Positions 1 to 13,361 of a DNA stretch of 64,000 nt are shown piece after piece. The notes under the pieces are model-generated. The model saw only the letters and a list, made by a program, of their open reading frames with translations, searched no databases and had not been told where the DNA came from. This DNA is from Chrysomallon squamiferum. Lineage: Eukaryota; Animalia; Mollusca. The stretch's first letter is position 1. Each line of letters opens with the position of its first letter. Location of the stretch: the NCBI GenBank assembly GCA_012295275.1, contig CM022669.1:13206001-13270000 (forward strand), written 5' to 3'. A program made the translations under genes and the position numbers.

Positions 1-916
1 CAAAAAAGAGAAACAGGTAAACCAATTTGTAATAACTGAAAATTAAGCCATGCTTTGAGAAAATGAATATAAGAAAAAAAAAAAAAAAATGAAAAACAAG
101 AAATTACCGATGGAGACATTTCTCTTGCTTTGAAGTACTAAGACAAAAATGACAAAGTAAAGCATCAATTCCGACTACTATTAATTGAATTTTAATCTTT
201 TTATTAATCAATTATAGAGCCATAAGAATTCAGTTTAAAATTATAATTATTATTACAACATGGATGGATGGATGGATGTAGGTATGTATATCTATTCTTC
301 CAATATGCATACATATACCAGCAAAAACCAGACATTAATAAATGAACCTACATCAACATTTACCTAAAGCTATTAATGCAGTTTAAGGACATAACAAATT
401 TAAAAAGTTAGTTTTGTCACTGCCTAATTACTTAGATTTAAGGGCACTCATATACATAAAAGTCATGATAGCTAAAAAATAATATATAAAGAAACAATGA
501 AAAAAAAGGTAGATGATTAATTCTGTAATGAGTAATTGTTATTCTAATTCCTTATTAACACATTGATCTAAAAGCAAATAGGAGAGAGAAAAAAAAGAAA
601 ATTCTATATCTATGTCACACTTCGTAAAGCACCATTTCAAGAATTAAACAAATTAAAATCCAAAAAAAAAAAAAAAAGATAAGAAAAAAAATTTTACATT
701 TAAATTTTCTTAAATCATGTAAATGATTCAAGTTTTATGAAGATGTACTCACAGCAACACTAAAAGTTTATAAAATAAAAAAAACTTTTTTTTTTTTGGT
801 GATCATTAACTCAAACAGGTCTGAATATCTTCCTTTCTGCTCCCATCATCAAAACACTTTGATCAAACTAGACAATAATAAATTATAAAAAAAGAGATAA
901 ATAAAACGATTCTTAC

Positions 917-1098
917 CCCTCCATGACATTGTAGTTTCCTCTGAGGCCAGTGCTTTTTGCCCAGGCGGCGATCTTCTTCTTCAGTCCAGAGTTGTTGCGA
1001 CCAACTTCAATCATCTTCTCCATCATTTTCTCCCACACCCGGGGAACTCCAAAAAAAGCAGTCGGTCGAACTTCTCTTAGAGTTACTGAAAGTGTGCC
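917..1098 (-). CDS. ACSBG2: ACSBG exon (GTLSVTLREVRPTAFFGVPRVWEK...NYNVMEG)
   Basis: ccag|GGC ... GG|gtaag; 182 nt. Confidence 0.93.
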
Positions 1099-1150
1099 CT
1101 GGAAAAACAGATGCAGTCATTGTAGTTTTTGCAGATATTAAACACTATTG

Positions 1151-1198
<48 letters not shown>

Positions 1199-1600
1199 AT
1201 GGTTGTTTGGTGTTTTTTTTTCCTTATTATGTTCATATTTTTTGCCGGTTTCTGCTTTATTATTAAGATGGCATTTTGTTGTTTTTTTATTGTTTTTTTA
1301 TTTATATGCTAGCAAAAACATTTTTTATGTTATTTATTTTATTAATTATTAAGAATAAATATGTTTAGTGACAAAGAATAATGTTAAAAAATAACTAATA
1401 TTAACAATTTTGATTTCCGATTAATTGTTCAGTAGTATTAGTTATGAATACAAATGGAAGTACTGAAAATGATAGTTTCAAGGTCAGAAGCATTTTTATA
1501 ATACAGTTATTTCAGTATTTAGAATTTAAAAAAACATTTTGGCATTTTTTTTTTTTTTCATTCTATTACCCCACATGCAAAAAAAAAAAAAAAAAAAAAA

Positions 1601-1666
<66 letters not shown>

Positions 1667-2011
1667 AATAAATGAATAAATAAATAAATAAATAAAAAGA
1701 AAAATAATAATAGGTGGTAAGCTGGTTATTTTTCTGTTACTTTATTATTAGCAAAGATTGAGGTATATGCAATGTATTTATACCATTTGAATGAATTGCC
1801 AGTGATGTATTGTAAAATACCTTCAGTGCATCGGGTTGTGCAAAATACACAGCGCCTGCAGTGCCAATGCTGATGTACAGATCCATCACCTGGGCAGCGA
1901 CGTGACTCAGGGGCAGGTAACTCACCATTACTTCCTCCCCATAGATCAAATTGACTTCTCTACCCACAGTTTGACAAACCCAGGTTAGCTGACAGAAAAA
2001 AAAAATTACAT

Positions 2012-2042
<31 letters not shown>

Positions 2043-2089
2043 AATAAATAAATAAAAGGAAAGGAAAATAAAATCAATATACATTTTAG

Positions 2090-2131
<42 letters not shown>

Positions 2132-3447
2132 CACTCACATACTAGCACTTGAAATATGAACTTGTATCTAAACATGATTTATCGAAATTATATCTATTTT
2201 TCAAAATTAACTAAACTTAAATAAAACTTTCAGTATCAGACTAACACTGTCATAATTTAGAGCTTCTCCTAAAAGAATTTACTCACCCATGACTGACACA
2301 CTGAACAACAAGCATGCCCTCAAGCAAAATGAATTCTTACATTAACTCATATGAGTAAGATATTCAAATTAAAACTTTTAAAGTGTGTTTATTGTGTGTT
2401 TATTACTCATATTTTTACTGCATGACTAAACTGTAAAACTAATGAAGTAGCATACAGTATTATAGTCACAGACTATTGAGTGTGTGTTTTTAATCTTTCT
2501 GTGCCAGACAGGCTGATAGCACCATCAGTAAGAGAACTAGTCCAAGAAATGATAGAGTCACAGAATCAGTTTTGCTCAGGGAAATCATAAGTATATTTCC
2601 AAGTGCCACTTTCTTAATTATTAAAAGTATAGTGTGTTCTGTCTATGAGAAGCAGCTTATACAGTACAACTTGTTGCTAATTAATAATAGTAACCCAGGT
2701 AAATAAATGCTGTTGGTTTCCTCTTTCAAAATTCCATTTTCTGTTTAGGTTTAGGGTTGTAATTATGACATCTGTTTTAATATTAAACTATTGTTCAATA
2801 AACAGTCCTTCACTTCCTATGTCTGTATAAGACAATTATACTCACATTATCATGGCTAAGCATCACACCCTTTGGGCTACCTGTTGTTCCAGACTGAAAA
2901 AAAAGAGAAAAAGAATGAGAATAATAGAAAAAAATAAAATAATAATAATAATAATAAATAAATAAATTTAAAGAGCAATAAATAAATAAATGAATAATTA
3001 GTAATTTGCTTTATAACATATACGATCATTAGACACATAAATGCACACACACACATGCATGTATGCACACTCACACACATCACACACACTCATTCACGAG
3101 TGTCCAGTGAACAATTATTCTACATTCATATGTAGACATTTAAAAACAAATGTTTCAAGTTGATATTCTTCTTTTTAAAGAGAAAGAAAAAAGTGTAAAT
3201 ATGTTACATATGCTTATCTTTTATTTCTTTCATTTCTTTATTTTTTATTATTATTATTATTTTAATTTGTGTAAATAACAAAATATAATATAAAGTGTTT
3301 ACTGTGTAAATAAGTGTGCAGCATCTGTTTGGCATCTGTGCATTTAATCTGTTCTTGAGTTCTTCATCAGGAACATCAGAACCCAACTTCATGAATTCAT
3401 CCCACTGGAACAAAAATAACATTTTCACTTTATTTGTTTCTAAATTA

Positions 3448-3500
<53 letters not shown>

Positions 3501-6087
3501 AAATGCTTTATTTATTTATACATAAAACTATTTATGACAATAAGTAACAGTAATATATTGTTAATCAATGTTGCATCTGTATAAAGATTACTATCATTAT
3601 TTAATTAGTTTAGAATAAATTCTGTTTGAAGAAATGTTGAATATATTCTGTTTTGAGAAATGTGGAATAAATTCTGTTTGAAGAAATGTGGAATAAATTC
3701 TGTTTGAAGAAATGTGGAATAAATTCTGATCTTACGGAGTATATGTTGGGGTCTTTCACAGTAACTTCATCCTGGTACTGAATGATGGCTTTCAGTTCTG
3801 GTAGGTTCTGTCTAATTTTTAGAATCTTCTGAAGCTGCTGGTTATTTTCTACCACTAATATATTTGCCTTTGAATTCTGGGCTATATACTCGCAGGCTTC
3901 TGGTGTGTTTGTGGCATAAATACCTGTTGACAAGCCCCTGAAATAAAGTTGTAATAAAATTTAAATAACTAATAATAAATGATGGTGATGATGATGATGG
4001 TGACGGTGATGCTGATGGTGATACTGATACTGATGCTGTTGATTTTTGTTGTTGTTGTTGTTGTTACAAACTGAAAATATGCTTTAAAATGAACTGAAGT
4101 ATTTTTAGTAAGAAAATGAAGCAGAAACTGGAGAATATACTTTAATCTGAAAGAAAAATATTTATCTTTTAATACTTTATATACACAATTAGTAATTTAA
4201 TGTTTATTAAATAAATAAATAAATAATAATAATAACAACAACAATAATAAAAAAAATAATAATTTTTTTTTTTTTAAATGTTGTTAAATAAATCATGCTA
4301 CAATAGGGCCTTATGCTGGCCTAATAAATGACACATATTTAGTGTACAATATTTATGATAGCTATTAATATTAAAAATTATTTAGTTCTTACCCAGCAAA
4401 TATTGTTCCAACATTTGCAATAAACCACTCGGGAGAGTTGAACCCAAGAATTCCAACACTGTAATATGGCTGAAGACCAAGCTAGAATTGGAAAATAAAT
4501 AAATAAATGAAATAATGAATGAATGAATAAATGAATAAATTCTAAAACATTTTCCAACAAGGTAACAATAAAATAAATGAATGAACCCTCAGTCAATTAA
4601 AAAAAAAAAGAAAAAAAAAGAAAGAAAAAATAGAAAAAGAAAAACATCAAATGAAATAAAAAAAATTAATTCACACTAAAACTAAATACTTATATCATTT
4701 TAATTTATAGGCACAGTTAATTGGGTATCAAATATGGATGTCCATATGGATATTTATTATAGTTTGGTCTCAATAACTCTTCTTTTTTTTTAGTCTCATG
4801 AAGATATTGTGTGTGTATGTATAGTGGAAGGTTTATATATCAGAATGTGTGTATGTTTATAATGATTCATTATAAATATTGACATTTTAAATATTCTTCC
4901 AAGATAAAAACTTCCAATAAATATACTTATTTCATACATACATAATATTTAAATGATGTATGTGACAACAATATTCAAATTAAAACTTTCAGTATCTTAT
5001 TGTTTATTTATTACTCATATTCTAACAGCATGACTTAACTGTAAAATTATATTCTGTAAATTTGTTAACATAATGTACAATATTATCATAACTGAACTAC
5101 TCAAAACAGTACATTTAGTACAAGTTTTTTCTTTAAAAGTATGATATTAGAAAAAGTCATTCATAATGAATCCATCAGTGACACCAACACTCACACCCAC
5201 ACCCATATAACAAAAGAGAAATAAACTATGCATTTTTTATGCATTTTTTTTTGTTTGTTACATTACTGATCTACTTTATTCCTAGTAAAGAATGATTTCA
5301 ACAACAAAAACACTTCTTTTTTTTAAAAGTTATTTAACTGCATGTATGGTGTTTGTTTGAACTTAACAAGAACAATAACTTTAAGGCAGAAAGAAAGAAA
5401 CCACCCTATTAAATAGAGTAAAGTGTAAAGCTCTTGTTATTAAAAAAAAAAAAAAGCTCAAAACCAAATAGAATAATAAAACAAAACATCCATTCAGGTC
5501 ACATTTCTTATTCTGAAGTGCACTTACAATAACCTGGCTTCATGTGACAGAAATAAAAAATATCCTTAAATGAGCCATAATTCTGACAGAGTGACATACG
5601 GATAAAATATTATCATCTTCAGTGAAATTTATAGTTGAATATACACTGTTATGTAATGCTTGAGAAAATGTAAATGAAAATAATGTCAGCATGCATATTC
5701 TTTTTTTCATTTTTTTTTTTTTTAAATAAAAATTTGCCGGATTGAACTGGGTTTATAATAAAGTTGTCGGAAGTGAAATGCATTATAAATAAAAAAATAA
5801 AATTAAAAACTATTGTCAAAAACAAAATAATGAAATTAAATTGACCTTCATAAAGCTGTCAGTTGTGACATTTACTGTTGAATATACAAGTAGTTTTACA
5901 ACAATAAAATGAAAGAGATGGCAACGTTAACAGAAAGAGAATGATAATGAAAACAAGTAAAATAAAACACATAAAACAAGGGTTGTAGTAAATTTAAAAT
6001 ACATGCAAAAATAATTATAAAATTGATAAAATATATCAGCTTTGACATCTGCTATGAAATTTAACTAAACTGATAATGATAATAAAA

Positions 6088-6121
<34 letters not shown>

Positions 6122-9100
6122 CAAATAATAATAAATAATAATAAAAATAGTAATAACAATGACAACAGCAACAATAAATAGTCATTAAAAACAAAACAAA
6201 CTTCAGGCCATCTGCTGTAAAATCCAACATGAAATTTATAACCATAATAATGTCAGTGATAACCCAAGCATACACTGACCTTGATAAAGCTCTTAGCAGC
6301 TCTGCACACATCATCGTAGTACTGTCTGTATGTCCACTTCTTCCACTCTCCTCCACGTTTTACAGCTACAAACACCAGCAAAATTATTTAATATGCATAT
6401 CTTATCAAAAATGATATGGGTACATTATTGATTATACATTAGTATCAGTTATTCTCTGAATCTGTTTTTGTGAGATAGTGGTGATCTAAATATATATATA
6501 TATACACATGTATACATATATATAAATATATATATGTTTATATCTCTATTAATCTATGTGTGTGTGTATATATATATAGAGAGAGAGAGTCAAAACTGGT
6601 CACATGTCTGTAACAGCCACATTTGTGAAGTCGTATACATATTAATGTAAATTATTTAGATTTGTTTATGAATTATCAGTACTGATCTAGATTTGTTAAT
6701 ATAAATTAAGCACTGATATGAGTGGTAAAAAACTTTGTTTCTGGTATACACTTTTTCTAAGAATGCTTCAGTCTGGCTAGTCATAAGCATTAATCTTGAC
6801 TTTGCCTGAAATTTCTGTATTTAAATCCACAATAAAATAATAAAAGACATTTCTTTTTTGTTTCTGTTTTTTTTTTTTGTTATGATTCAACAACACAATT
6901 ACTTATACATTTGTACTGAACAAAGATAAAATATTCAAGTTTAGAATGATCAACTGACTAATTGCTGGTTCCAACTGATCCTCCATTAAAGCATGTTCTT
7001 AAAGATTATTAATAGTAAAGTTGATTTTACCTAGGGCTATATTGTTAGGACTTTTCTGCGTGGTGTTCTGCAGTAACTTTATCACAGTTATTGGGTTTTC
7101 CGAGCCTCCACCCTCCTTCGTCATGCGTATTTTGACAGGGTGATCTCTCACAGTTGTCCACAAACTCTCAGAGTCCTCTGAAATTACAGTTCAATGATAC
7201 AGACATAAATATGTTATCTGCATGTGTGGGGGTGTATGATATGTATGTATAATTGTGTATATATGTTTCATGTGTGATACTGTAGAAAATAACAGCCTCA
7301 AAAAAAAAAAAAAAAAAAAAATGAAAATGAAAAAAACAAAAACAAAAACAAATACAATTATTAAAACAATTGAAACACGCACACACACACACACACACAC
7401 GTATGTATGAACAGAATTATAATATGTGTTCGACAATACACATTATGCTCATTCCTGCTGGTTATGTATATGCACTGTATTTTGTTATAACTGTAGAAAA
7501 CAGAAATTTTATTTCTGTAACAAAGTCAGGTTTTGGGTTTTCTTCTGTTTTGGTACAAATTATCACTGATACCATCACTATTTACACCTAGCTGTTTGCT
7601 GACATTTTACTTCCAAGAGAAACTTTCTCCAGATTATGGCTGTTAGCTCCAAAGGGTGGATTATCAAGCATAGAAGTGAAGTTATTTAATTTGTCTGTGG
7701 TTTTATATGAGCAAAGCTATTTTCTTGTGACAGTATTCTGTAGGAGACAAGTTATTTAATCTGTCAACATTTTTGTACCATAATAAATGAACTTATAAGT
7801 GCAAAATGTGTTGATTGTGTATGATTACATTTTTGTTTTTAGCATTTTCTTTTTAACAAAAAAAAAAAAAAAAAAAGGTATTGAAATTTCTCTGGAGCAG
7901 TTTAATTCTTCCCAACTGAGTGACAATGTACAAGTCTGTGAGTGAGTGAAGATGAACAAGCAAACAAATTCCACCACACCATAAAGATACACGAATGAAT
8001 TAACATTTAACGACGCCTCAGAACAAAGCTGCATTGGCTACATCTTAGAAAATTTCTCTTGGAATTAAAATATAAGCAAACAGTCAGGTATAGCAAACAG
8101 TGACAGTATTAGCAAAAAAGCAAACACGTGAACAAATCAAAGACTCTCACAATAAGAAACATGGTTTTAATGGAAAGATGAAAGAACTCTGAGATGTACA
8201 GGCCTCGCTAACATGACATCGGTAATACTGTTTTGTGTGTCACAGTGACATTAGTAGTAAGTAAATCATGTGATAACAGATCAAGTAACATCATGTCACA
8301 TGTATTGAGTCACTGTGGCAGATTGCTTTTTCCTGATAACCCTGGTGAATTCACCCAAAAGTAACGTATTTTCATGCTTTGCTTGTTGAAATAGTGCCTG
8401 TATTATTAACATGAACTTCAACAATATTTACTGACTTTGCTTAACACACTCAATTAAATACTTCATATAACCTGGTTTGTAAAACGTTTCCATTTTGTCA
8501 GATTTTATTTATTTCTTCATTCGTTTATTATTGCTTCTTTGTTCATCTGTTTGTTTGTTTACTAGTATTCATATTTTCATACAGTAGATCAATTCACAAT
8601 GCGATACTTCTAGGTCATATTTACATTTGTGTTTTCATTTAAAATACAAGTTTTACAAAAATAAAAAGGGTTGTAACCTTTGTATTGCTGGAATACATCG
8701 TTACTTTTTGATGCTTCTATGTTAACTGCAGATGTTGCAACAGGTGGTGATGATGGAATATTAGACACACTGCAAAGTAAAAAAAAAAAAAAAAAAACAC
8801 ATAAATAAGCACTCTAATAAAATTGTGAGCGTTCATGTGTGCATGTTGCGTGAGCATAGATATATATATATATATATATATTTTAAATGATTTTATTTAC
8901 AAATCTATCAGTATATAATAATAATAGTATTTATCTATCCATAAGCATGGATAATTTTTTTTTTTTAAATGATTTTATTTACAAATCTATCAGTATATAA
9001 TAATAATAGTAAAAATAAATATAAAAGCTGTTCGTTTAGAAGAAATTTTAAAATGTTCCAATGATTTATCAAGTCTAAATCAGAAACTGCATACATCACA

Positions 9101-9389
9101 GATTTCTATATAACATTTTCTTATTACAACCTTTCTCTAAAATAAAAACAAAAACAACAAGAAATATGCAGTATACATTTAGATTATGTCTTCACATAAT
9201 CAAAAGTACTTTAAAATAATAAAAATTAAAAATAATAAAATACTGATACAACAAAGACAACATGAATTACCTGTGATTCTGGTTTGGGTCTGTTGACTCG
9301 GAGTTCATCTTCACAGATATTGTAGTAACGTGTCCACCTGAGGTGTTGTTTGAACACATTCCAGGCAGCTCTTCTGCTTCAGTAGTCAT
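917..9389 (-). CDS. ACSBG2: Long-chain-fatty-acid--CoA ligase, bubblegum (ACSBG) family; 5' 10 coding exons, gene continues beyond left edge
   Basis: Spliced translation with consistent phases and GT-AG introns: MTTEAEEL...LWTT..VKIRM...KWTYRQYY..V.RAAKSFIKLGL...VGILGFNSPEWFIA..GTIFAGGLSTGIYATNTPEAC...LIYTSGTTGSPKGVMLSHDNLTW...SYLPLSHVAAQ...LREVRPTAFFGVPRVWEKM. Includes the AMP-binding motif and ACSBG/bgm-type N-terminal blocks. An invertebrate gene is co-orthologous to ACSBG1/2, so the symbol is approximate. Confidence 0.92.
1821..1988 (-). CDS. ACSBG2: ACSBG exon (LTWVCQ...SYLPLSHVAAQ...AQPDALK)
   Basis: tcag|CTA ... AAG|gtatt; 168 nt. Confidence 0.93.
2846..2893 (-). CDS. ACSBG2: ACSBG exon, AMP-binding motif (SGTTGSPKGVMLSHDN)
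   Basis: ttcag|TCT ... AAT|gtgag; 48 nt. Confidence 0.95.
3303..3404 (-). CDS. ACSBG2: ACSBG exon (WDEFMKLG...CCTLIYT)
   Basis: ccag|TGG ... ACA|gtaaa; 102 nt. Confidence 0.93.
3612..3728. repeat. 26-bp minisatellite, ~4.5 copies (aataaattctgtttgaagaaatgtgg)
   Basis: Directly visible; starts a few nt inside the intron after the donor at 3735. Confidence 0.9.
3736..3937 (-). CDS. ACSBG2: ACSBG exon (GLSTGIYATNTPEAC...DPNIYS)
   Basis: ttcag|G ... TCC|gtaag; 202 nt. Confidence 0.93.
4393..4481 (-). CDS. ACSBG2: ACSBG exon (LGLQPYYSVGILGFNSPEWFIANVGTIFAG)
   Basis: ctag|CTT ... GG|gtaag; 89 nt. Confidence 0.93.
6280..6365 (-). CDS. ACSBG2: ACSBG exon (VKRGGEWKKWTYRQYYDDVCRAAKSFIK)
   Basis: tgtag|CT ... 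AAG|gtcag; 86 nt. Confidence 0.92.
7031..7177 (-). CDS. ACSBG2: ACSBG exon (DSESLWTTVRDHPVKIRM...PNNIAL)
   Basis: ttcag|AG ... G|gtaaa; 147 nt. Confidence 0.9.
8678..8769 (-). CDS. ACSBG2: ACSBG N-terminal exon (VSNIPSSPPVATSAVNIEASKSNDVFQQYK)
   Basis: Poly-T tract + gcag|T ... G|gttac; 92 nt. Open frame whose phases (2 in, 1 out) exactly bridge the flanking exons; sequence not recognisably conserved. Confidence 0.75.
9271..9389 (-). CDS. ACSBG2: ACSBG first coding exon (MTTEAEELPGMCSNN...PNQNH); exon extends as 5' UTR to 9428
   Basis: Acceptor ccttacag| at 9429-9430, in-frame upstream TGA, ATG at 9389, donor AG|gtaatt at 9270; phase 2 fits the next exon. Confidence 0.75.
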
Positions 9390-9935
9390 GGACCTACTAC
9401 TACTACCACTACCTTTTGATCAGCAAATCTGTAAGGAGAGAATAGGAACAATCAACGTCAGAATCAGCCAAGCATTAAAAAATAGTCCCGATATTTTTTT
9501 TTTTTTTTTTTTTTTGGAACAGATTAATCAAGTTAAACATGTAACAGATAATCTCTAAGTACTTTTATGGAAAATGGATATGTATGCTTATAAAACAATG
9601 TATTGTCCAAACAAACTACCTTGCTGACAGTTAATTAAGGTGGTCTGGGGCAAAACAAGACATGTCTGGGATTCATGAATACTTTTCTATTGGTATCATG
9701 CAGGTCTTATTGTCATATTAGTTTGCAAAGATTATAGCAGTGTATCCATGTTCTTGTATCATTTCAATGATATTTGCTAAAGAATAATTTTCAGTAAATG
9801 TGAAGAAAACTATTCTACTGCTTCAGTCAACCAAGTAAGCTTCATTAGTGTTATTTTTTTTTTTTATTAAGATAATGTTGAGTATTTGTCTGTTACTATA
9901 GAAATTTTATACAAACTGAGAGAACTATCTATCTA

Positions 9936-10149
9936 ATGGATTGAGGAACAAGTCCATTGCGTTTAAATCAAATTTAATCATTACATAGAAAAAAACTTAA
10001 GCTTAATTATAATTGTTGGGAAGAAGTGGTAAATAACAATGGTGTATACATTATTGATTAAATTACATCTTGTTATCAGTTAAGCTTAAGTTTTCTTCTA
10101 TGTGATGATTAAATTTAATTTAAAAGCAAAGACGTATTCCTCAATCCAA
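9936..10149. mobile_element. MITE-like element: ~75-bp imperfect terminal inverted repeats with ~60-bp spacer, flanked by TA
   Basis: Left arm tggattgaggaacaagtcc...acttaagcttaattataa pairs with right arm ttatcagttaagcttaagt...gacgtattcctcaatcca; TA at 9934-9935 and 10150-10151. Confidence 0.7.
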
Positions 10150-10180
10150 TACCTTTATGATCTTTTACTTTAAGGGAAAA

Positions 10181-10222
<42 letters not shown>

Positions 10223-11654
10223 CTTTATATAATAAAAAAGGAATATTTGGCACACTTTCCTACAATTAAAAAAGAGTAAATTATTATTTCTTCTGAAAAA
10301 AATAAGAATTAGTCATTTAAATATATTTGTCAAATAAATTATAGATGAATGATGTATTAAGAAATATTTTAGTTAACATTAAATAACTATTCCAGCGTAT
10401 ATTAAACAACAAAATATTTATGTAACACTGCCTGAAGTACTTCTTTATGAAAATGCTCATTTGATCAGAAAGATAAAAATCTTTCCCATACATAAAAATC
10501 CAAATTAATACTGAAACCAAGACAGTTTATACAAAATTTGTATAATGAATACAGACCAGACAGGACTGTAGGCAACAAAACAATAATAGCAGAGAAAGTA
10601 AAAAAGAGTGAATAACCATAAAAATGAGATGATGACTCAGTCAATGAACTAGAAAAAAAAAAATGTATTACCAATTGATTAAATAAAAATCCGGTCTCAG
10701 ACAAAGCTGGAATTTTAACACGATGAACTACATATCCTAACACCTCGTACATAAACTGGTATAAAAATTTAAAAAGTAAATATGTACACAAGTATTCTCT
10801 ATCTCTTGTTTTTTTTTTAAACTACAGATGTAATCATTCAAACTTGACGGACCATATAAGCAAACATTTTCTTACCAGTGGTATCAAAGCAAACATGTTG
10901 TTACGAGAGCTGTCAAAATTCAAACACCTTTCTCACTTGAAATTTTATTCTTTCTCTTTCTCTTCACAATTTCATCAACTGACCAACTGCAAGTCATGGC
11001 AATCTGGTTTTGTCAGGTAGTTGTATGCGAGTGCATATATAAAAAAGCCAATTTTGTACTTTGACCCACATTAATTCAGCTCACACAAAGAAGGTTGACA
11101 CCCATCTCCACGTGTATGAGCACACTCCCCATAACCACTGTTATGGAGAAGGAGGAATGTGCACTGAAAAATGTGTCCCAAAAAAGTAGCTGTGGACTAA
11201 TCATTATGGAATGGATTGTTTGTTTATGCTATCTGAAGACTTTGTTTGGGTATCTTGCTAGCCTTGACCAAGATACCCCACATTCTTGGACACTGGAGTG
11301 AAAATTTAAAGCAAAAATTAAATAAGATAAAAAAAACTAACTAAATAAATAAATTAACAATTATATGTTGCATGCATGCTTTTATATATGTATGTATGTA
11401 TATAAATGAACCTACTCTGGCACAAAGTATTTTATATTTATTTTTATATTATTGTTATTGTTGTTGTTATTATTTGTGATATTAAATATTCATTGATGGT
11501 GCAAATCACTGATTTATACATGAGAGACATAGAGGGAGAAAACACAGTGGGATTTAACACAGTGTTAAAAAGCTGAATAATGTCAACAGATTATCAACAC
11601 TGTCAATATAACAGGTTGGTAGATCACCATCCTTGATTTTAGACACAGTAATCT

Positions 11655-12130
11655 GAAATTATTTCTCATCCTCGACGACAGTTGTCTGTTGGATGCCACA
11701 TTCCATTTCCATGTTATAACAAAAGTGGTGCATGTGGCTGTCTTCATATCCAGACTTCACCTTGTTAGTCTGCCTAAGTTTCAGAAAAATAAACAGAGAA
11801 ATAAACGACTGTATTCTTGTAGACGATGAAGACCTTCCCAAGACATTTTTTTTTTGTATTAATGATGCTTCTGCCACCTTCTGCCAGATTATTTCTTATG
11901 AAGCTAGAAGTTGTTTGGCAATATACAGTAATTCCCAAGTCATTTTAATAAAAAAAATTATAACTAATATCTAAGAATATTTCAAACTGTGCTTGGATTC
12001 AACATCAGTTGCTTTAAGCCTAAATCTTGCAACATTTTAAATTATGCTTGGATTTAACACCACTGGAATAGTTATCAAGTTATAAGTCATTTGTGTCAAA
12101 TCCAGGGGATTGTTATATCATAAGCAGTAG
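11655..12130 (-). mobile_element. Possible degenerate 3' end of an R4/Dong-like (restriction-like endonuclease) non-LTR retrotransposon
   Basis: Frameshifted minus-strand peptides DITIPW and TIPVVL..K..LQDLGL resemble the RLE C-terminus; ends GAGGATGAGAAATAAT; heavily decayed. Confidence 0.3.
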
Positions 12131-13361
12131 AAGAAAACAATTCTTAACAGCGATTTTCACATCAGTATATCCTTATGTACATATAAACATATACTTTTGA
12201 ATCCATCATTTAGGCATACCACATTAATTATTTGTACTGGTTTATCCAGTTTATCTTCTTTTATTCATAAATAAAACACCTGCCTGAAGCAGTCAACCAT
12301 GAATGTCAGAGGTCCATATAAAAATACAAAAACAAGCCTATAAAGTAACTTCAGACAAGTTGTATAGAAAGTAGTTGACACTGTTTTTCACTCAGTATAA
12401 AGCTTTGGTGTGCAATAAAAAGAAGCCTTCAGAGGGTTTTTGAATTTTGGGGAATTAGTTGCTAATTATGGGACTGAGAGAGTTGGGTTCCCGTTTGAAA
12501 GAAATAATCTCCAGAAAATATTACAATAATATCATACTAATTGTATCTACAGTATATCTTGTTAAATACAAAGACACAAATTTTGATCACCTAAAGATAA
12601 TGTTACCTTTTAAATTTACTGTATAAAATTCTCCAGAAAATTATAATCTCTTTATTATTATTATTATTGTTATTGTTATTGTTATTATTTTATTAATTTT
12701 TTATCAGTTTTGATCGCGGTGGTTAAATTTATTTTTAATATTATTAGTATATATATTTTTTTTTTTTTTTTTACTTTTTAAAATATTTTTTTTTTAATTA
12801 ATCACTTAAAAATGAATTATCATTCTTCAGATTTACATCCTTAATTACTGAACTATAGCCTGCCCATAAAACTATTAGAAGGAGTATACATGATCCAGTT
12901 TAATTCTCACTGCTATGTCTAAAGAAGAGTGAAATTTAAAAAATAATGATAAAAAATAAATAAAATAAAATAAAATAAAATAAAATAAAATCTCTGTACA
13001 AATTAGGTCCACACTTAGATTTTTGGACACACTGAATGTATGTACATGAATGTATAAATCCGGATTATACTAATACTACAGAATGCACCTTTTTATTGTT
13101 CGTTATTTCCTTGTTCTCTTCTCACAGACATAATTTTATTCAATGTTTTAACCAGCACATTTTAGATAGCATGACCAACTTATTTTCATTTAGAGTTTAT
13201 GAATGGATACATTACTAACAACTAATAATACTATCATTTACATCAGCATTAACATAATTCTGAAGTAATAACTGCCCAACAAGAGATAAACATTTCCACA
13301 GTCTCAAGTAACTTAGAAGATACAAATATTGCAGTCTGAAGTTACCTGAGTAGTTTAATAC

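Noticed and set aside
2289-2294. 6-nt microexon tcag|TCATGG|gtgagt in ACSBG
   Set aside because: Poor pyrimidine tract, and it would insert residues immediately after the conserved SHDN motif
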